Below are positions 40,112-50,604 of a stretch of 64,000 bases of DNA, piece after piece. Both the position numbers and the translations under genes were made by a program. Position 1 is the stretch's first letter; the number at the start of each line of letters is the position of its first letter. Source of the DNA: an uncultured candidate division Zixibacteria bacterium (lineage in GTDB: Bacteria; Zixibacteria; MSB-5A5; UBA10806); NCBI GenBank assembly GCA_963801605.1, contig CAWDFP010000006.1:832001-896000 (forward strand), in the 5' to 3' direction. The notes below the pieces were generated by a model. The model had not been told where the DNA came from, did no database searches, and saw only the letters and a list, made by a program, of their open reading frames with translations.

Positions 40112-42100
40112 ATGTGCGGTATAGCGGGATATTTTCAGCTTGAGGGAAATGCACGCCCCGATAAGGAGCTTTTGGGGCGTATGGTGAATATTATCCGCCA
40201 CCGGGGACCGGATGAATTCGGCGCCTTCTTTGATGATAAATGTGTCCTCGGACAAGCCAGGCTTTCCATTATCGATCTTTCCACCGGTTCGCAGCCGTTG
40301 TCAAATGAGGATGGCAGCTTGTGGATTTCATTTAATGGCGAAATTTATAACTATGTCGAACTTCGGCCGGAGTTGGAGCGACTGGGCCATAAGTTTTGCA
40401 CTCATTCCGATACCGAAGTCATAGTCCATGCTTATGAGGAATGGGGGAAAAACTGTCTTTCCCGTTTTAATGGCCAATGGGCTTTCGCTATTTATGATAA
40501 AAAGAATAGTAAACTGTTTATAAGCCGGGATCGATTGGGGGTTCGTCCGATTTTCTATTCAACCCACAATGGCCGCTTCTACTTTTCATCGGAGATAAAA
40601 TCAATTTTCTGCGATCCGTCAGTCCCAAGGAAACTTGATTATGAGGGTCTCGATGAGATATTTACCTGGTGGACCACTGCCCCGCCACGAACGGCATTTG
40701 AAGGTATCAATGAACTTGAGCCGGGTGGATATCTCGAAATTAAGGATGGGAAAATAAATTCCGGCCGCTACTGGCAGATGGATTACCCCGAGGAGTATGA
40801 CCGAAATCGCAGTTTAGATTCCTGGGCCGAGGAGCTTCATGCCCTGCTTGTCGATTCTGTCAGGCTAAGGCTTCGCGCCGATGTGCCCGTGGGGGCTTAC
40901 CTTTCAGGTGGATTGGATTCCTCAGCTACTACGTCCCTGATTAAAAATTTTACCTCCAACCGTATCGAGACATTTTCCATTGCATTTCATGATAAGGCGT
41001 ATGATGAATCAGGCTATCAAAAGCAAGTCGCTGATTATTTGGGCACGAATCATCATCAGATCCATTGCGGTTATAAAGATATTGCGGATAATTTCCCCAA
41101 AGTCATCTGGCATACTGAACGGCCAATTCTGCGTACTGCCGCAACACCCCTTTATATGCTATCGGGATTGGTACGCGAGAATAATTTTAAGGTAGTATTA
41201 ACCGGTGAGGGATCGGATGAAATATTGGGCGGCTACGATATTTTCAAGGAAACCATGATTAGATGGTTCTGGTCGAAAAATCCCGATTCACGGATGAGGC
41301 CGCTTCTTCTTCAGAGGCTTTACCCAACGCTGCCGCTTTCAGCCAACAGAGCCAGATTTTATTTAGAGACATTTTATAAGGCAGGATTAAGCGAGATAGA
41401 TAAATATTACTTCTCGCATATACCTCGGATAAATACCACAACCAAAATTAAAGAATATTTCCTGCCCGATATAAAACAGGCATTGTGCAAATATGATACC
41501 CTTAAATCATTCGAACCATATATTCCTGAAAATTTTCAAAGGTGGCATCACCTGGCGCGAGCGCAATACCTGGAAGCTCGTTCGCTTCTTTCGGGCTATT
41601 TGCTTTCTTCGCAGGGAGATCGCGTGACAGCCGGGCATTCGGTCGAGGGACGTTTTCCGTTTCTCGATCATCGAGTGGTGGAGTTTGGATCGAGAATACC
41701 TCCCTGGCATAAAATTCTGGGATTGAAAGAAAAGTTTGTGTTAAAAAAGGCTATGAGAGGAGAGCTTCCACCTGAGATCACTGCGCGGGTGAAGCAGCCC
41801 TATATGGCTCCTGATTCCAATTCTTTTATGCAGCCCGATTCGCCCGCTTATGTGGCTGAAATGGTATCCGAAAAAATGCTTAAGAGTTATGGTGTCTTCG
41901 AACCGGGTTATGTAAGTAAGCTGCATGAGAAATGCCGCAACCTGTCGCATGCTCACCTATCTTTTAAAGATAATATGTCTTTTATTGGAATTTTATCGAC
42001 TCAGCTTTTAATCAAGCAATATATCGATGATTTCATTCCAGTGGAAAGTCTCAAACGGGATTGTTTTAAGATTTGGCAGGATCATTCGACGACGAAATAA
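40112..42100 (+). CDS. asnB: Asparagine synthase (glutamine-hydrolysing) family amidotransferase
   Basis: MCGIAG, HRGPD, RLSIID, NGEIYN, LSGGLDSS, TGEGSDE, EGRFPFLD. Confidence 0.92.
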   Translation: MCGIAGYFQLEGNARPDKELLGRMVNIIRHRGPDEFGAFFDDKCVLGQARLSIIDLSTGSQPLSNEDGSLWISFNGEIYNYVELRPELERLGHKFCTHSDTEVIVHAYEEWGKNCLSRFNGQWAFAIYDKKNSKLFISRDRLGVRPIFYSTHNGRFYFSSEIKSIFCDPSVPRKLDYEGLDEIFTWWTTAPPRTAFEGINELEPGGYLEIKDGKINSGRYWQMDYPEEYDRNRSLDSWAEELHALLVDSVRLRLRADVPVGAYLSGGLDSSATTSLIKNFTSNRIETFSIAFHDKAYDESGYQKQVADYLGTNHHQIHCGYKDIADNFPKVIWHTERPILRTAATPLYMLSGLVRENNFKVVLTGEGSDEILGGYDIFKETMIRWFWSKNPDSRMRPLLLQRLYPTLPLSANRARFYLETFYKAGLSEIDKYYFSHIPRINTTTKIKEYFLPDIKQALCKYDTLKSFEPYIPENFQRWHHLARAQYLEARSLLSGYLLSSQGDRVTAGHSVEGRFPFLDHRVVEFGSRIPPWHKILGLKEKFVLKKAMRGELPPEITARVKQPYMAPDSNSFMQPDSPAYVAEMVSEKMLKSYGVFEPGYVSKLHEKCRNLSHAHLSFKDNMSFIGILSTQLLIKQYIDDFIPVESLKRDCFKIWQDHSTTK

Positions 42101-42195
42101 TAAACCAGGAGATATCAGGAGCTTATTCGGTTAAGGCAACCTATCAATATTGAAATATTATAATGTTTTGATAACGTTAAACAGGGAGAGAATCT

Positions 42196-43527
42196 ATGAT
42201 CGGTGTGAAAGACAGCGCCGAAGCCCTGAAGATAATTGATGCACAGGGCATAAAGTATATTCGGTTGTGGTTTACCGATGTACTGGGCACACTAAAAGGG
42301 ATGACCATTACTCGTTCGGAAATCGAGCATGTATTGGAATACGGGCAAGGGTTTGACGGCTCCTCAATAGAGGGTTTCGTCCGTATCGAGGAATCGGATT
42401 TGATGGCTCATCCCGACCTTTCGACATTTGCGGTTTTTCCCTGGGCAATCAATGGTCAGAAGATTGCCTCGGTTTTTTGCGATATCAAGACTCCTCAGGG
42501 CGAACCTTATATGGGCGATACCAGATATGTTTTAAAAAGAATGGTGGAGAAGCTCAAAGCCGAAGGTTACACCGCATATATGGGGCCGGAAATCGAATAC
42601 TTCTACTTTAAAAACTCGCACTCCGCCGAACCGATGGATAGCGGCGGATATTTCGATTATTCCACTTCTGAGGAAACCACGCATCTACGTAAAGCGGCTG
42701 TAGGAGCGCTCGAAGATATAGGTATTCCCGTGGAATGTTCGCATCATGAAGTGGCTCCCGGGCAGCATGAGATCGATCTTAAATATCAGGATGCTCTGCG
42801 CATGGCTGACTATGCAATGATGTATCGTTTGGTTATCAAGGAGCAGGCGTTAATAAAAGGGTATTACGCCTCCTTTATGCCCAAACCGATTTTTGGCGTT
42901 AACGGATCCGGTATGCATACTCATCAATCTCTGTTCAAGAATGGGCATAACGCCTTTTTCGATCCGAATGATCAATATCGCCTTTCTGATCTGGCCAAGA
43001 AGTATATTGCCGGAATCCTGGTTCATATTAAGGAAATTTGTCTGGTGACCAATCAATGGGTCAATTCATATAAACGTCTGGTTCCGGGCTATGAAGCGCC
43101 TGTTTATATTTCTTGGGGACGGCGTAATCGATCCTCATTGGTGCGGGTGCCGATGTATCAACTCGGCCGCGAAAGCGCTACCAGGATCGAACTCCGCAGC
43201 CCCGATCCGGCCTGCAATCCCTACCTTGCTTTTGCAGCCATGCTTGCCGCCGGCTATGAGGGCATCAAGAAAGGATATCCTCTTCCCGAGCCGATTGAAG
43301 AGAACATATTCGAAATGGATTCCAAAGCTCTAAGGCGTCGCAAAATTGATACTTTGCCAGGCTCTCTTATGGAGGCTCTTAATCTTTTTAGAAAATCGGA
43401 TTTAATGAAAGAGACCCTTAGCGATCATATCTTTGATACATTGGTTAACAATAAAACGGTCGAGTGGGATAATTTCAGAGTAGCTGTCACCGATTTTGAA
43501 ATAAACAACTACCTCAAAGCGCTCTAA
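42196..43527 (+). CDS. glnA: Glutamine synthetase (type I family)
   Basis: FDGSSIEGF, GPEIEY, HHEVAPGQHEI, FMPKP..GVNGSGMH, LVPGYEAP, RIELRSPD. Confidence 0.93.
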   Translation: MIGVKDSAEALKIIDAQGIKYIRLWFTDVLGTLKGMTITRSEIEHVLEYGQGFDGSSIEGFVRIEESDLMAHPDLSTFAVFPWAINGQKIASVFCDIKTPQGEPYMGDTRYVLKRMVEKLKAEGYTAYMGPEIEYFYFKNSHSAEPMDSGGYFDYSTSEETTHLRKAAVGALEDIGIPVECSHHEVAPGQHEIDLKYQDALRMADYAMMYRLVIKEQALIKGYYASFMPKPIFGVNGSGMHTHQSLFKNGHNAFFDPNDQYRLSDLAKKYIAGILVHIKEICLVTNQWVNSYKRLVPGYEAPVYISWGRRNRSSLVRVPMYQLGRESATRIELRSPDPACNPYLAFAAMLAAGYEGIKKGYPLPEPIEENIFEMDSKALRRRKIDTLPGSLMEALNLFRKSDLMKETLSDHIFDTLVNNKTVEWDNFRVAVTDFEINNYLKAL

Positions 43528-43835
43528 GAGGAGATTAACATTCGCTGGGGGAAAAAACAGGTATTCGATGATCTCAAAAATCGGCAATACCGGAGTGTTT
43601 TGTTTAAATTCAAAACGATGAATGCCGATTATACTTGTAAAATGAATGGAAACATATTAAATAACTCGATCAATAGATTCGTTTCGCCCGGATGAAAGCA
43701 AGCAATTGCTGAATATTTCGTAGAAATAATTGTAGTTTAGGGCAAGGTAACGAACATGATTTCGAATCAGGACTAAGAGATTTAATTGAGTGAATTTTTT
43801 AGTCTCGCGATGCCTATTAAGGAGGAACGAAGAAA

Positions 43836-44075
43836 GTGCGTGAGGAAATAAAAAGCTTCATCATCAATAATTTTATGATGGGACGAAACCCGGAGGAATT
43901 GGTAGATTCTGATTCGCTGTTGAATAAGGGAATTATTGACTCCACAGGCGTATTGGAATTGGTAGGATTTTTGGAGGAGAGATTTAATCTCCAGGTCAAG
44001 GATGAAGAGCTTGTGCCTGAAAACCTCGATTCCGTAAATAATTTGATAAACTATATTCAGAAAAAACAGAGTTGA
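43836..44075 (+). CDS. Acyl/aminoacyl carrier protein
   Basis: GIIDSTG phosphopantetheine site; PENLDSV; acidic, 79 aa; AAGGAGG RBS. Confidence 0.9.
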   Translation: MREEIKSFIINNFMMGRNPEELVDSDSLLNKGIIDSTGVLELVGFLEERFNLQVKDEELVPENLDSVNNLINYIQKKQS

Positions 44076-44092
44076 GCAATCAACGATATTTT

Positions 44093-44135
44093 AAGGCGGA
44101 CGAGAACAGCATTTGTTATTCGCCTTTTTTTCTTT
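44093..44135 (+). terminator. Possible internal terminator after the carrier protein gene
   Basis: AAGGCGGA...TTCGCC followed by a T tract. Confidence 0.5.
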
Positions 44136-44150
44136 CACAAGGAGCTTAGC

Positions 44151-45113
44151 TTGAGATTTTCGAGGGGACTGATACGATTGGATAGTGAAGTGGTGGTCGC
44201 GGGGCTTTTGGAGCGGTTGCGGGAACAGATATTTGTGACGATGAAACGTGGTGGTGCGGTGGTGGGAGTCTCCGGGGGGATCGACTCCTCGGTGATGGCG
44301 GCTTTATGCTCCCGGGCACTTGGTCCGGAGAAGGTGGTGGGGGTGTCGATGCCGGATAAGGACAACTCGGCAGCCTCTAAGGATCTGGCTAAGGAACTCT
44401 CGGAGAAGTTTGGTTTTAAGTATCTGACGGTTGATATCACTCCGGCTTTGGAGGGTGCGGGCTGTTACCGTCTTCGGGAGGAGGGGTTTCGGGAGGTCTT
44501 TCCGGACTGGCGGGATGGCTGGAAGGCGAAGATCGTGCTTCCTCAGAACGTATTGGAATCTGGCAGGCTTAATGTTTATAGACTGGCGGTGGAGTCCCCC
44601 TCGGGAGAGAAGTGGGAGAAGCGCTTACCGCTGGGGGCCTATCTGAAGATCGTGGCAGCTTCTAACATGAAGCAGCGGATGAGGATGCTGACCTTGTACT
44701 ATCAGGCAGAGGAGCGGAATTATGCGGTTGTAGGGACAGCCAACAAGAATGAGCATTATCAGGGATTTTTCGTGAAGTATGGGGATGGCGGCTGTGATTT
44801 GAGACCTCTTGGGGAGTATTACAAGACGCAGATATTTCAGTTGGCGGAGTATTTAGGGGTCCCGGAGGAGATTCGGAGCAGGACGCCCTCGACGGAAACG
44901 TATCCCTCGGAGGTAAGCCAGGAGGAGTTTTTCTTTGGCTTGGACTTTGCGACCCTGGATTTATTGTGGTTAGCCAAGGAGGGCAAGTATAATCCGGCGG
45001 AGGTAGCCGAGGAGATGGGCTTGACACCAGACCAGGTGAAGAATGTCTGGCGGGACTTAGACCAGAAACGGCGCACCACCGAATACCTCAGAATGCCGCC
45101 GCTGGGACTGTAA
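44151..45113 (+). CDS. nadE: NadE-like (NH3-dependent NAD synthetase family) PP-loop enzyme
   Basis: VSGGIDSS, NMKQRMRM, GTANKNE, GFFVKYGDG, YKTQ; no glutaminase domain. Confidence 0.82.
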   Translation: MRFSRGLIRLDSEVVVAGLLERLREQIFVTMKRGGAVVGVSGGIDSSVMAALCSRALGPEKVVGVSMPDKDNSAASKDLAKELSEKFGFKYLTVDITPALEGAGCYRLREEGFREVFPDWRDGWKAKIVLPQNVLESGRLNVYRLAVESPSGEKWEKRLPLGAYLKIVAASNMKQRMRMLTLYYQAEERNYAVVGTANKNEHYQGFFVKYGDGGCDLRPLGEYYKTQIFQLAEYLGVPEEIRSRTPSTETYPSEVSQEEFFFGLDFATLDLLWLAKEGKYNPAEVAEEMGLTPDQVKNVWRDLDQKRRTTEYLRMPPLGL

Positions 45114-45137
45114 AGTCATTTAAGAAAGCAGTAATGC

Positions 45138-45180
45138 AACTGCCGAAGATTCAAGAAGGGATCTTCGGCAGTTTTTGTTT
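45138..45180 (+). terminator. Intrinsic terminator
   Basis: AACTGCCGAAGAT-loop-ATCTTCGGCAGTT-TTTGTTT. Confidence 0.85.
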
Positions 45181-45199
45181 ATATCCGGTTTATCCGGAT

Positions 45200-45928
45200 C
45201 TAAAGCGAATCTGGCCCCGTAGTAAAATTCCAGATCGGGCCCGGGGTTTCATTCCCGTGATTATCCTTTGCGACGATTTTCCAATAATAGATTGTATTGG
45301 GATGGTATGAATAACCGATCAAATCATATATTGTGTCATTTATTGTATTGACCAATGTGCTATCCTGATCAATGGTCCAAGTATCCGTCGTAGCATCGCC
45401 GTCAAGATTGGCGGTTGCTGTGCAAGTAAAAGTATTGATTGCTGAACTAATGCAATAACTGTAAGCGTTAGTTGAATCGATATTGATATTAAGAAGGCCA
45501 AATGATTGGTTTTGCCGGTTTGCATAAGAGCCATTTAGGCAATAAGCCCCGTACTGTTGATGATAAGCATTCTGCATAGAAAAAATTTGGCTTAAAAGCG
45601 CTCGCCCCTCGGCCTGAATCATCCATTGTGATCGGTGAGAATTCACCTCCCAATTATGGCCGACAAAGTTAGAGCCCCAATCGGTATTCATTCCCAGGTA
45701 AAAATCATATCTGAGTGTATCCTGGTGATTGGGATCAGTTGCTTGCCAGGAGAATATGGTGTTAACGCCAACACCGGTAGCGCCATCTTCGGGGGATGGA
45801 TTAAAAGGCGCATTTGGAGGAAGATTTTGAATATTCGACTCATTGTTGACCTTCTGATCGGAACAGGAAAGTGCGACAATTAAGAATAGCACGATTAGGC
45901 CGGTTATTATGCGGGATGTGGCTTTCAT
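45200..45928 (-). CDS. Lipoprotein with an FN3-like domain interrupted by a type IV pilin-like domain
   Basis: Lipobox ALSC; PSPEDGAT..FSW..DP..L.YDFYLG and TIYYWKIVAKD..GPIWNFTT flank QAEGRALLSQIFSMQNAYHQQYGAY...FTCTATANLDGDATTDTWTIDQ. Confidence 0.7.
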   Translation of the reverse strand: MKATSRIITGLIVLFLIVALSCSDQKVNNESNIQNLPPNAPFNPSPEDGATGVGVNTIFSWQATDPNHQDTLRYDFYLGMNTDWGSNFVGHNWEVNSHRSQWMIQAEGRALLSQIFSMQNAYHQQYGAYCLNGSYANRQNQSFGLLNINIDSTNAYSYCISSAINTFTCTATANLDGDATTDTWTIDQDSTLVNTINDTIYDLIGYSYHPNTIYYWKIVAKDNHGNETPGPIWNFTTGPDSL

Positions 45929-46184
45929 CTTTCCTCTCCTGCATTTCTATTTCGATTGAATTAATCAATACTAAATTAGTCTATTATGTTTATCGACATT
46001 TTTAACTTGGTGTTAATAGGATATAAAAAAGATGCAAAACCTCGTAACGGCGTTAAATTAATGAAGTATCTAAAAAAGCTTGATTTGTGTATTTTCGTAA
46101 TTAGCTTATTAGTAAATGTAGTTGTCGAGCCGGTGCGATTGCTGGTAATAATCATTTGCCGAACGGCTTTAAATACTGGAGTTA

Positions 46185-47438
46185 ATGATGGGACATTTAG
46201 TCGGTAAAGATTTATATCGAAAGCTTGGTAGAAAAATTGATGGCCTTAGTATGCGCGCGCCCTGGAACGACTCTTTCTACTCCATTCTCAAAGAGCTATA
46301 TACATCTGAAGAAGCCGAAATCATCCTGAAGATGCCATATACCCTGGGGACTCTCGATCAAATCGCAATGGCTACCAAATATGAACCATCCAGATTAAAA
46401 AAAATATTGGATGGTTTGTGCGTCAAGGGCCTGGTGATGGATATCTACATGAATGGTAAATTCCATTATATCGTTTCGCCCCTTGTAATCGGCATTTTTG
46501 AATTTACCATGATGAGAACTGGAGAAGGACTCAACACCAAAGAATGGGCTCGCCTTTTCAATGACTATATGCATGGCAGCGATGCCTATTATAAAGCCAA
46601 TTTTGGCAACGGTCAAAAAGTTGGGCCGCTAAGGGCATTACCTTATGAGGACACTCTGGGCGAGCATGTGGAGATCATGGATTACGAGAAGGCCTCCTCA
46701 ATAGTCGATGCCAATAAGGATTTTTCGGTTGGACTCTGTTCATGCCGTCATGAGAAGCTCCATCTGGGAACGAAAAAGTGCGACATTCCGCTTGAGACAT
46801 GTACCACTTTTGGGACCGGAGCCAAATATATGGCTCATCGCAAGCTGGCCAGGCTTATTTCGAAATCTGAAATGCTCGATAATCTGGCGAGATTTAAGGA
46901 AATGGGACTTGTGGTTTGCGCTGATAATGTTAAAAAGGATTGTTCATTTTTTTGCTTTTGTTGTGGATGTTGCTGCAATGTTCTTCTGGGGATCAGCGAG
47001 TTTGGCTATCCAAACTCCGTTGTAACATCAAGTTTTATTGCTAAGCCCGATAGCGAAAACTGCACCGCCTGCGGAACTTGTGTCGAGGCTTGTCCCATTA
47101 AGGCCATTTCTCAGACTTCTGACGAGAACCCCATAGTTGATGAGACAATTTGTATGGGATGTGGAGTATGCGCTCTTAAGTGCCCCAATGATTCAATGAA
47201 ACTTCACAAACGCTCTCAACAGGTGCTGCATCCCGAGACGATGCTTCAACGTTTGATTCTGCAGTGCCTCGAACGCGGCACTCTTCAGAATTTGATCTTT
47301 GCCGATCCGAACCGAGTCGACCACAAATTTATGCGCGTCTTCGTGGGTGCATTCTTAAATCTTCCCCCGGTCAAGAAAACCTTGATGGGCGAAAGCCTCA
47401 GGTCTTCATTTTTGGATTTTATTCAAAAGCGGGCCTGA
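46185..47438 (+). CDS. 4Fe-4S dicluster protein with N-terminal winged-helix-like and Cys-rich domains
   Basis: CSCRH..C..C, CFCCGCCC, CTACGTCVEACP, CMGCGVCALKCP. Confidence 0.82.
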   Translation: MMGHLVGKDLYRKLGRKIDGLSMRAPWNDSFYSILKELYTSEEAEIILKMPYTLGTLDQIAMATKYEPSRLKKILDGLCVKGLVMDIYMNGKFHYIVSPLVIGIFEFTMMRTGEGLNTKEWARLFNDYMHGSDAYYKANFGNGQKVGPLRALPYEDTLGEHVEIMDYEKASSIVDANKDFSVGLCSCRHEKLHLGTKKCDIPLETCTTFGTGAKYMAHRKLARLISKSEMLDNLARFKEMGLVVCADNVKKDCSFFCFCCGCCCNVLLGISEFGYPNSVVTSSFIAKPDSENCTACGTCVEACPIKAISQTSDENPIVDETICMGCGVCALKCPNDSMKLHKRSQQVLHPETMLQRLILQCLERGTLQNLIFADPNRVDHKFMRVFVGAFLNLPPVKKTLMGESLRSSFLDFIQKRA

Positions 47439-47481
47439 GAATGAATACGTTACTTAATTATGGAATTATATAGGGACAAGT

Positions 47482-48637
47482 ATGAAAAGAATCGCAACAA
47501 TTATTTTGGTGGTTTTATCACTTACAGGTTTGGCACTGGCGAAAACTCCAAAAACAATGGAACGGGCAAAGGCAATCGCCAACAAGTTGAACAAACCAAT
47601 GCTGCTTGAGTTTTACCAGCCGGATTGCGAATATTGTCAGTTGGCCGCCCGAGACCTGGCATCCAACGATTCAATTGTGGCGCTGCTAAAATCAGTTGTT
47701 TACTTAGCGATGGATGTTAATTCAACCGAGGGCGAATCTCTTGCAAAGTCATATTATGTTGACGTTACCTTTCCGGTTTTTGTATTAACCGATTCTACTG
47801 GTAGCATTATCAACCATTGGACCGGCTATTCGATGCCCGGCCCGTTTATCAAATCGCTTCAATGACGCACTTTCCAATCAGATTACAATCGACAAACGTT
47901 ACGATAATATATTAAGCGCTCCAGCTCTTGATAACGTCCTGTTTCTGGCCAAATACAATACCGAAATAGGGGATAACGTTAAAGCCAGCGAACTGTATAC
48001 AGAGGCTCAGGGCCTTCGTAGAGGCTTAACCTTTAGCTACGATATTTTCCAGAACTTGGCGGATGCGGTATGGAAAGGAAATGCCTCATTTGATCAGCTT
48101 GTCGCCGCGGCCGATAATGTTCTCATGACCAGACCGGGAGATATCACAAGCATCGCTAACGTAGGTATCGTCATGGCCCGAGTCGCCCGTAAAGTGGGAC
48201 GGACATCCGAAATAGAAAAATATTTGGAAGCGGGAGCTAATATTACCTACGGCGAGGAAAATAATAAAATCAGAGACTGGCATATCACCCTGCTCGCTGA
48301 TCAAGCCTTATATGTCAATCACGATACCGCTAAGGCCATAACAATAAAAAAGGATAGCTTTGATCCCAATTGGGAAAGCGTACCGTCGAAGTATTATAGC
48401 TTTGCCAGATGGTGCCTGGAGCGAAAAATCAATCTGGTTGAGGCGGAGAACCTTGCCAATAAAGCGGTCAGTAATTCCCCTGATGGTAAATTCAAGGCTT
48501 CGACCTTAGCCACATTGGCAGGTGTCTTGGAGGCCCGCGGAAAAAAGGTCGATGCTGTTCGAACCATGAAACAAGCGGTGGATCAGGATCCTCATAACAC
48601 CTGGTATCAATCTGAACTCAAACGTTTGCAAGGCTAA
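47482..48637 (+). CDS. Secreted thioredoxin-fold plus TPR protein (CEYC), paralogue of 9837..11009; +1 frameshift near 47858
   Basis: KPMLLEFYQPDCEYC, TFPVFV, joined SLNDALSNQ.., FARWCLERKINLVEAENLA. Confidence 0.82.
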
Positions 48638-48674
48638 TCCAACAAATAAATATTATTATGATATTTAAATATTA

Positions 48675-48701
48675 AAACGCCCCTTCTAAAGAGGGGCGTT
48701 T
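48675..48701. terminator. Bidirectional terminator
   Basis: AAACGCCCCT-loop-AGGGGCGTTT between convergent genes. Confidence 0.7.
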
Positions 48702-48756
48702 ACTTTTAATTAAACACAAATATTAATTCGATTCTATTTTCAAATTGCGGCTATGT

Positions 48757-49446
48757 TTATTGCTGTAGGCTCAAAGGCTGCTTAAGCGAAAAGGTCAGGG
48801 ATTTTCCTGCCGCATAAACCAGGTTTTGACGTCCCGTGGCGGCCGCCGCACCGGTGCCGGCCGCAGCACCAGCCGCTCCGCCAATGGCTGCTCCCTTACC
48901 TTCTCCAAGCACACCGCCGATAATGGCGCCCGCCGCCGCTCCACCGCCAATCATTCCAACCTCTCGAGTAGTGTGGCTTCGGCCTTTATCATATATACTG
49001 CTCGATGAAACCGGATAACTATCGCCATTAGGAAGAGTAATGTTGGCGATGGTAAATTCAATTTCGGGGGCGGTTTTAAGCCTACCACCCTTAACCAGAG
49101 ATGTAATCACCATTTCGACCTTAGATCCTTCAGGAATTGCGGTTTTGCCATCGACTACAACAGGACCGGCAAGAGTGCCATAAAAGTGATCGCCGGCATG
49201 ATTTGAATTCGTCTCGATAGTTTCGTTTAAGGTGACTACCAGATGAGTCATACTGGGAATCGTTACCATATTTTTATAAGACTGGGAAGTCTGTTCGTTT
49301 TGCCCGTTCCCCATTTGCCCGCTGCCCTGCGTTGACATGGGCGTTTGTTGGTTTTGAGCTTGTTGCGATTGATTGTTTTTTCCGCAACCGCCTATAACAA
49401 TCAGTATGCTCGCGAAAAATAATATTATGTTCCTTTGTTTTAGCAT
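48757..49446 (-). CDS. Lipoprotein with a beta domain and C-terminal glycine zipper
   Basis: Lipobox IGGC; Q-rich linker; IPEGSKV; GGGAAAGAIIGG..GAAIGGAAGAAAG. Confidence 0.72.
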   Translation of the reverse strand: MLKQRNIILFFASILIVIGGCGKNNQSQQAQNQQTPMSTQGSGQMGNGQNEQTSQSYKNMVTIPSMTHLVVTLNETIETNSNHAGDHFYGTLAGPVVVDGKTAIPEGSKVEMVITSLVKGGRLKTAPEIEFTIANITLPNGDSYPVSSSSIYDKGRSHTTREVGMIGGGAAAGAIIGGVLGEGKGAAIGGAAGAAAGTGAAAATGRQNLVYAAGKSLTFSLKQPLSLQQ

Positions 49447-49816
49447 CACTCCTCCTTACGGCTCTTACACTGCTTTAAATACATTAATCTATGACGTTAC
49501 TATGCTCCTCGATTTTTCGGGTTAATCCATTTGATATCGATGATAACATAACTCCTGAGATCTGCTTCAAAGTTTCAAATACCTTCGCTCTATTCCATAT
49601 TGGTTCTTACATATATTTCTATTCAGCCATAAGCCTCGATTATCCATGTTTATCCTCATGAGAGCACTTATTTTTAAGTTATTTCAGGATTTATGTTTAC
49701 ATAATATCTAACGCAATAGCGTCAGAATAATTTCGACGCGAAAGCGGGAACCAAACCCTACATCATAATGTATTATTTATTGGCGATAATTTATTACCCA
49801 AAAAAGGAGCAATCGT

Positions 49817-50603
49817 ATGAAGACCTTAACACAAATCGCATTGATCGTTTCCGTGATGGGGTTGATGATGATTTTCGGATGCTCAAATTCAACCTCACCG
49901 GGGACCGGCGAATTACGTATGTTTCTTACCGATTCGCCCGCCCAATATGATCAAGTGAATATAGTGGTTACCAAAGTTGAGGTTCATTCGACGGGATCGG
50001 ATTCGTTAGGCGGCTGGGAAACGGTGAATAATGATACCGTTACTTATAATCTGCTTACTTTGCGTAACGGCGCAAATGTTCTTTTCGGTGACGCCATGTT
50101 GCCGGCTGGTATGTATACTCAAATTAGGTTATCCATCGGCAGCGGAAGTAACGTTGTGATCGGTGGAGTACAACATCCCCTTGATATCTCAAGTGCAACC
50201 GGACTGAAACTGAACCATAATTTCAATATCGCTTCAGGAACAATCTATCTGTTAACTCTCGATTTCGATGCTGAAAGATCGATTGTGTTAACCGGTAATA
50301 ACGTCTATAAACTCAAGCCTGTTATTCGCGTAGAGGCCAATGATTCGGTGGGATCAATATCGGGTATCGTATTGCCCGCTGCAGCCCATGCGCAGATTAT
50401 GACTCAAGTGGATGCCGATACAGTTATAGCTTTTAGCGATACTACCGGCGCTTTTTATATCCCACTACTTCCAGTCGGGTCTTATAATTTATTTGTTTCG
50501 TCGCCGGTTTTGAGCTTCAACGATACGACTGTAACAGACGTAATAGTTAATCGTCAACAGGATTACAAACATAGGCACTGTTACGTTAAGGCAGGGGCCG
50601 TAA
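49817..50603 (+). CDS. DUF4382 lipoprotein with C-terminal carboxypeptidase-regulatory-like domain; +1 frameshift near 50563 alters the tail
   Basis: IFGC lipobox, LTDSP, LPAGMYTQIRL, LDFDAERSI, LKPVIR; corrected end QDTNIGTVTLRQGP*. Confidence 0.8.
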
Positions 50604-50604
50604 T

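Noticed and set aside
47863..47865. In-frame TGA after the thioredoxin domain as selenocysteine
   Set aside because: Read-through meets TAA within about 14 codons, and homology to the paralogue continues in another frame, so this is a frameshift
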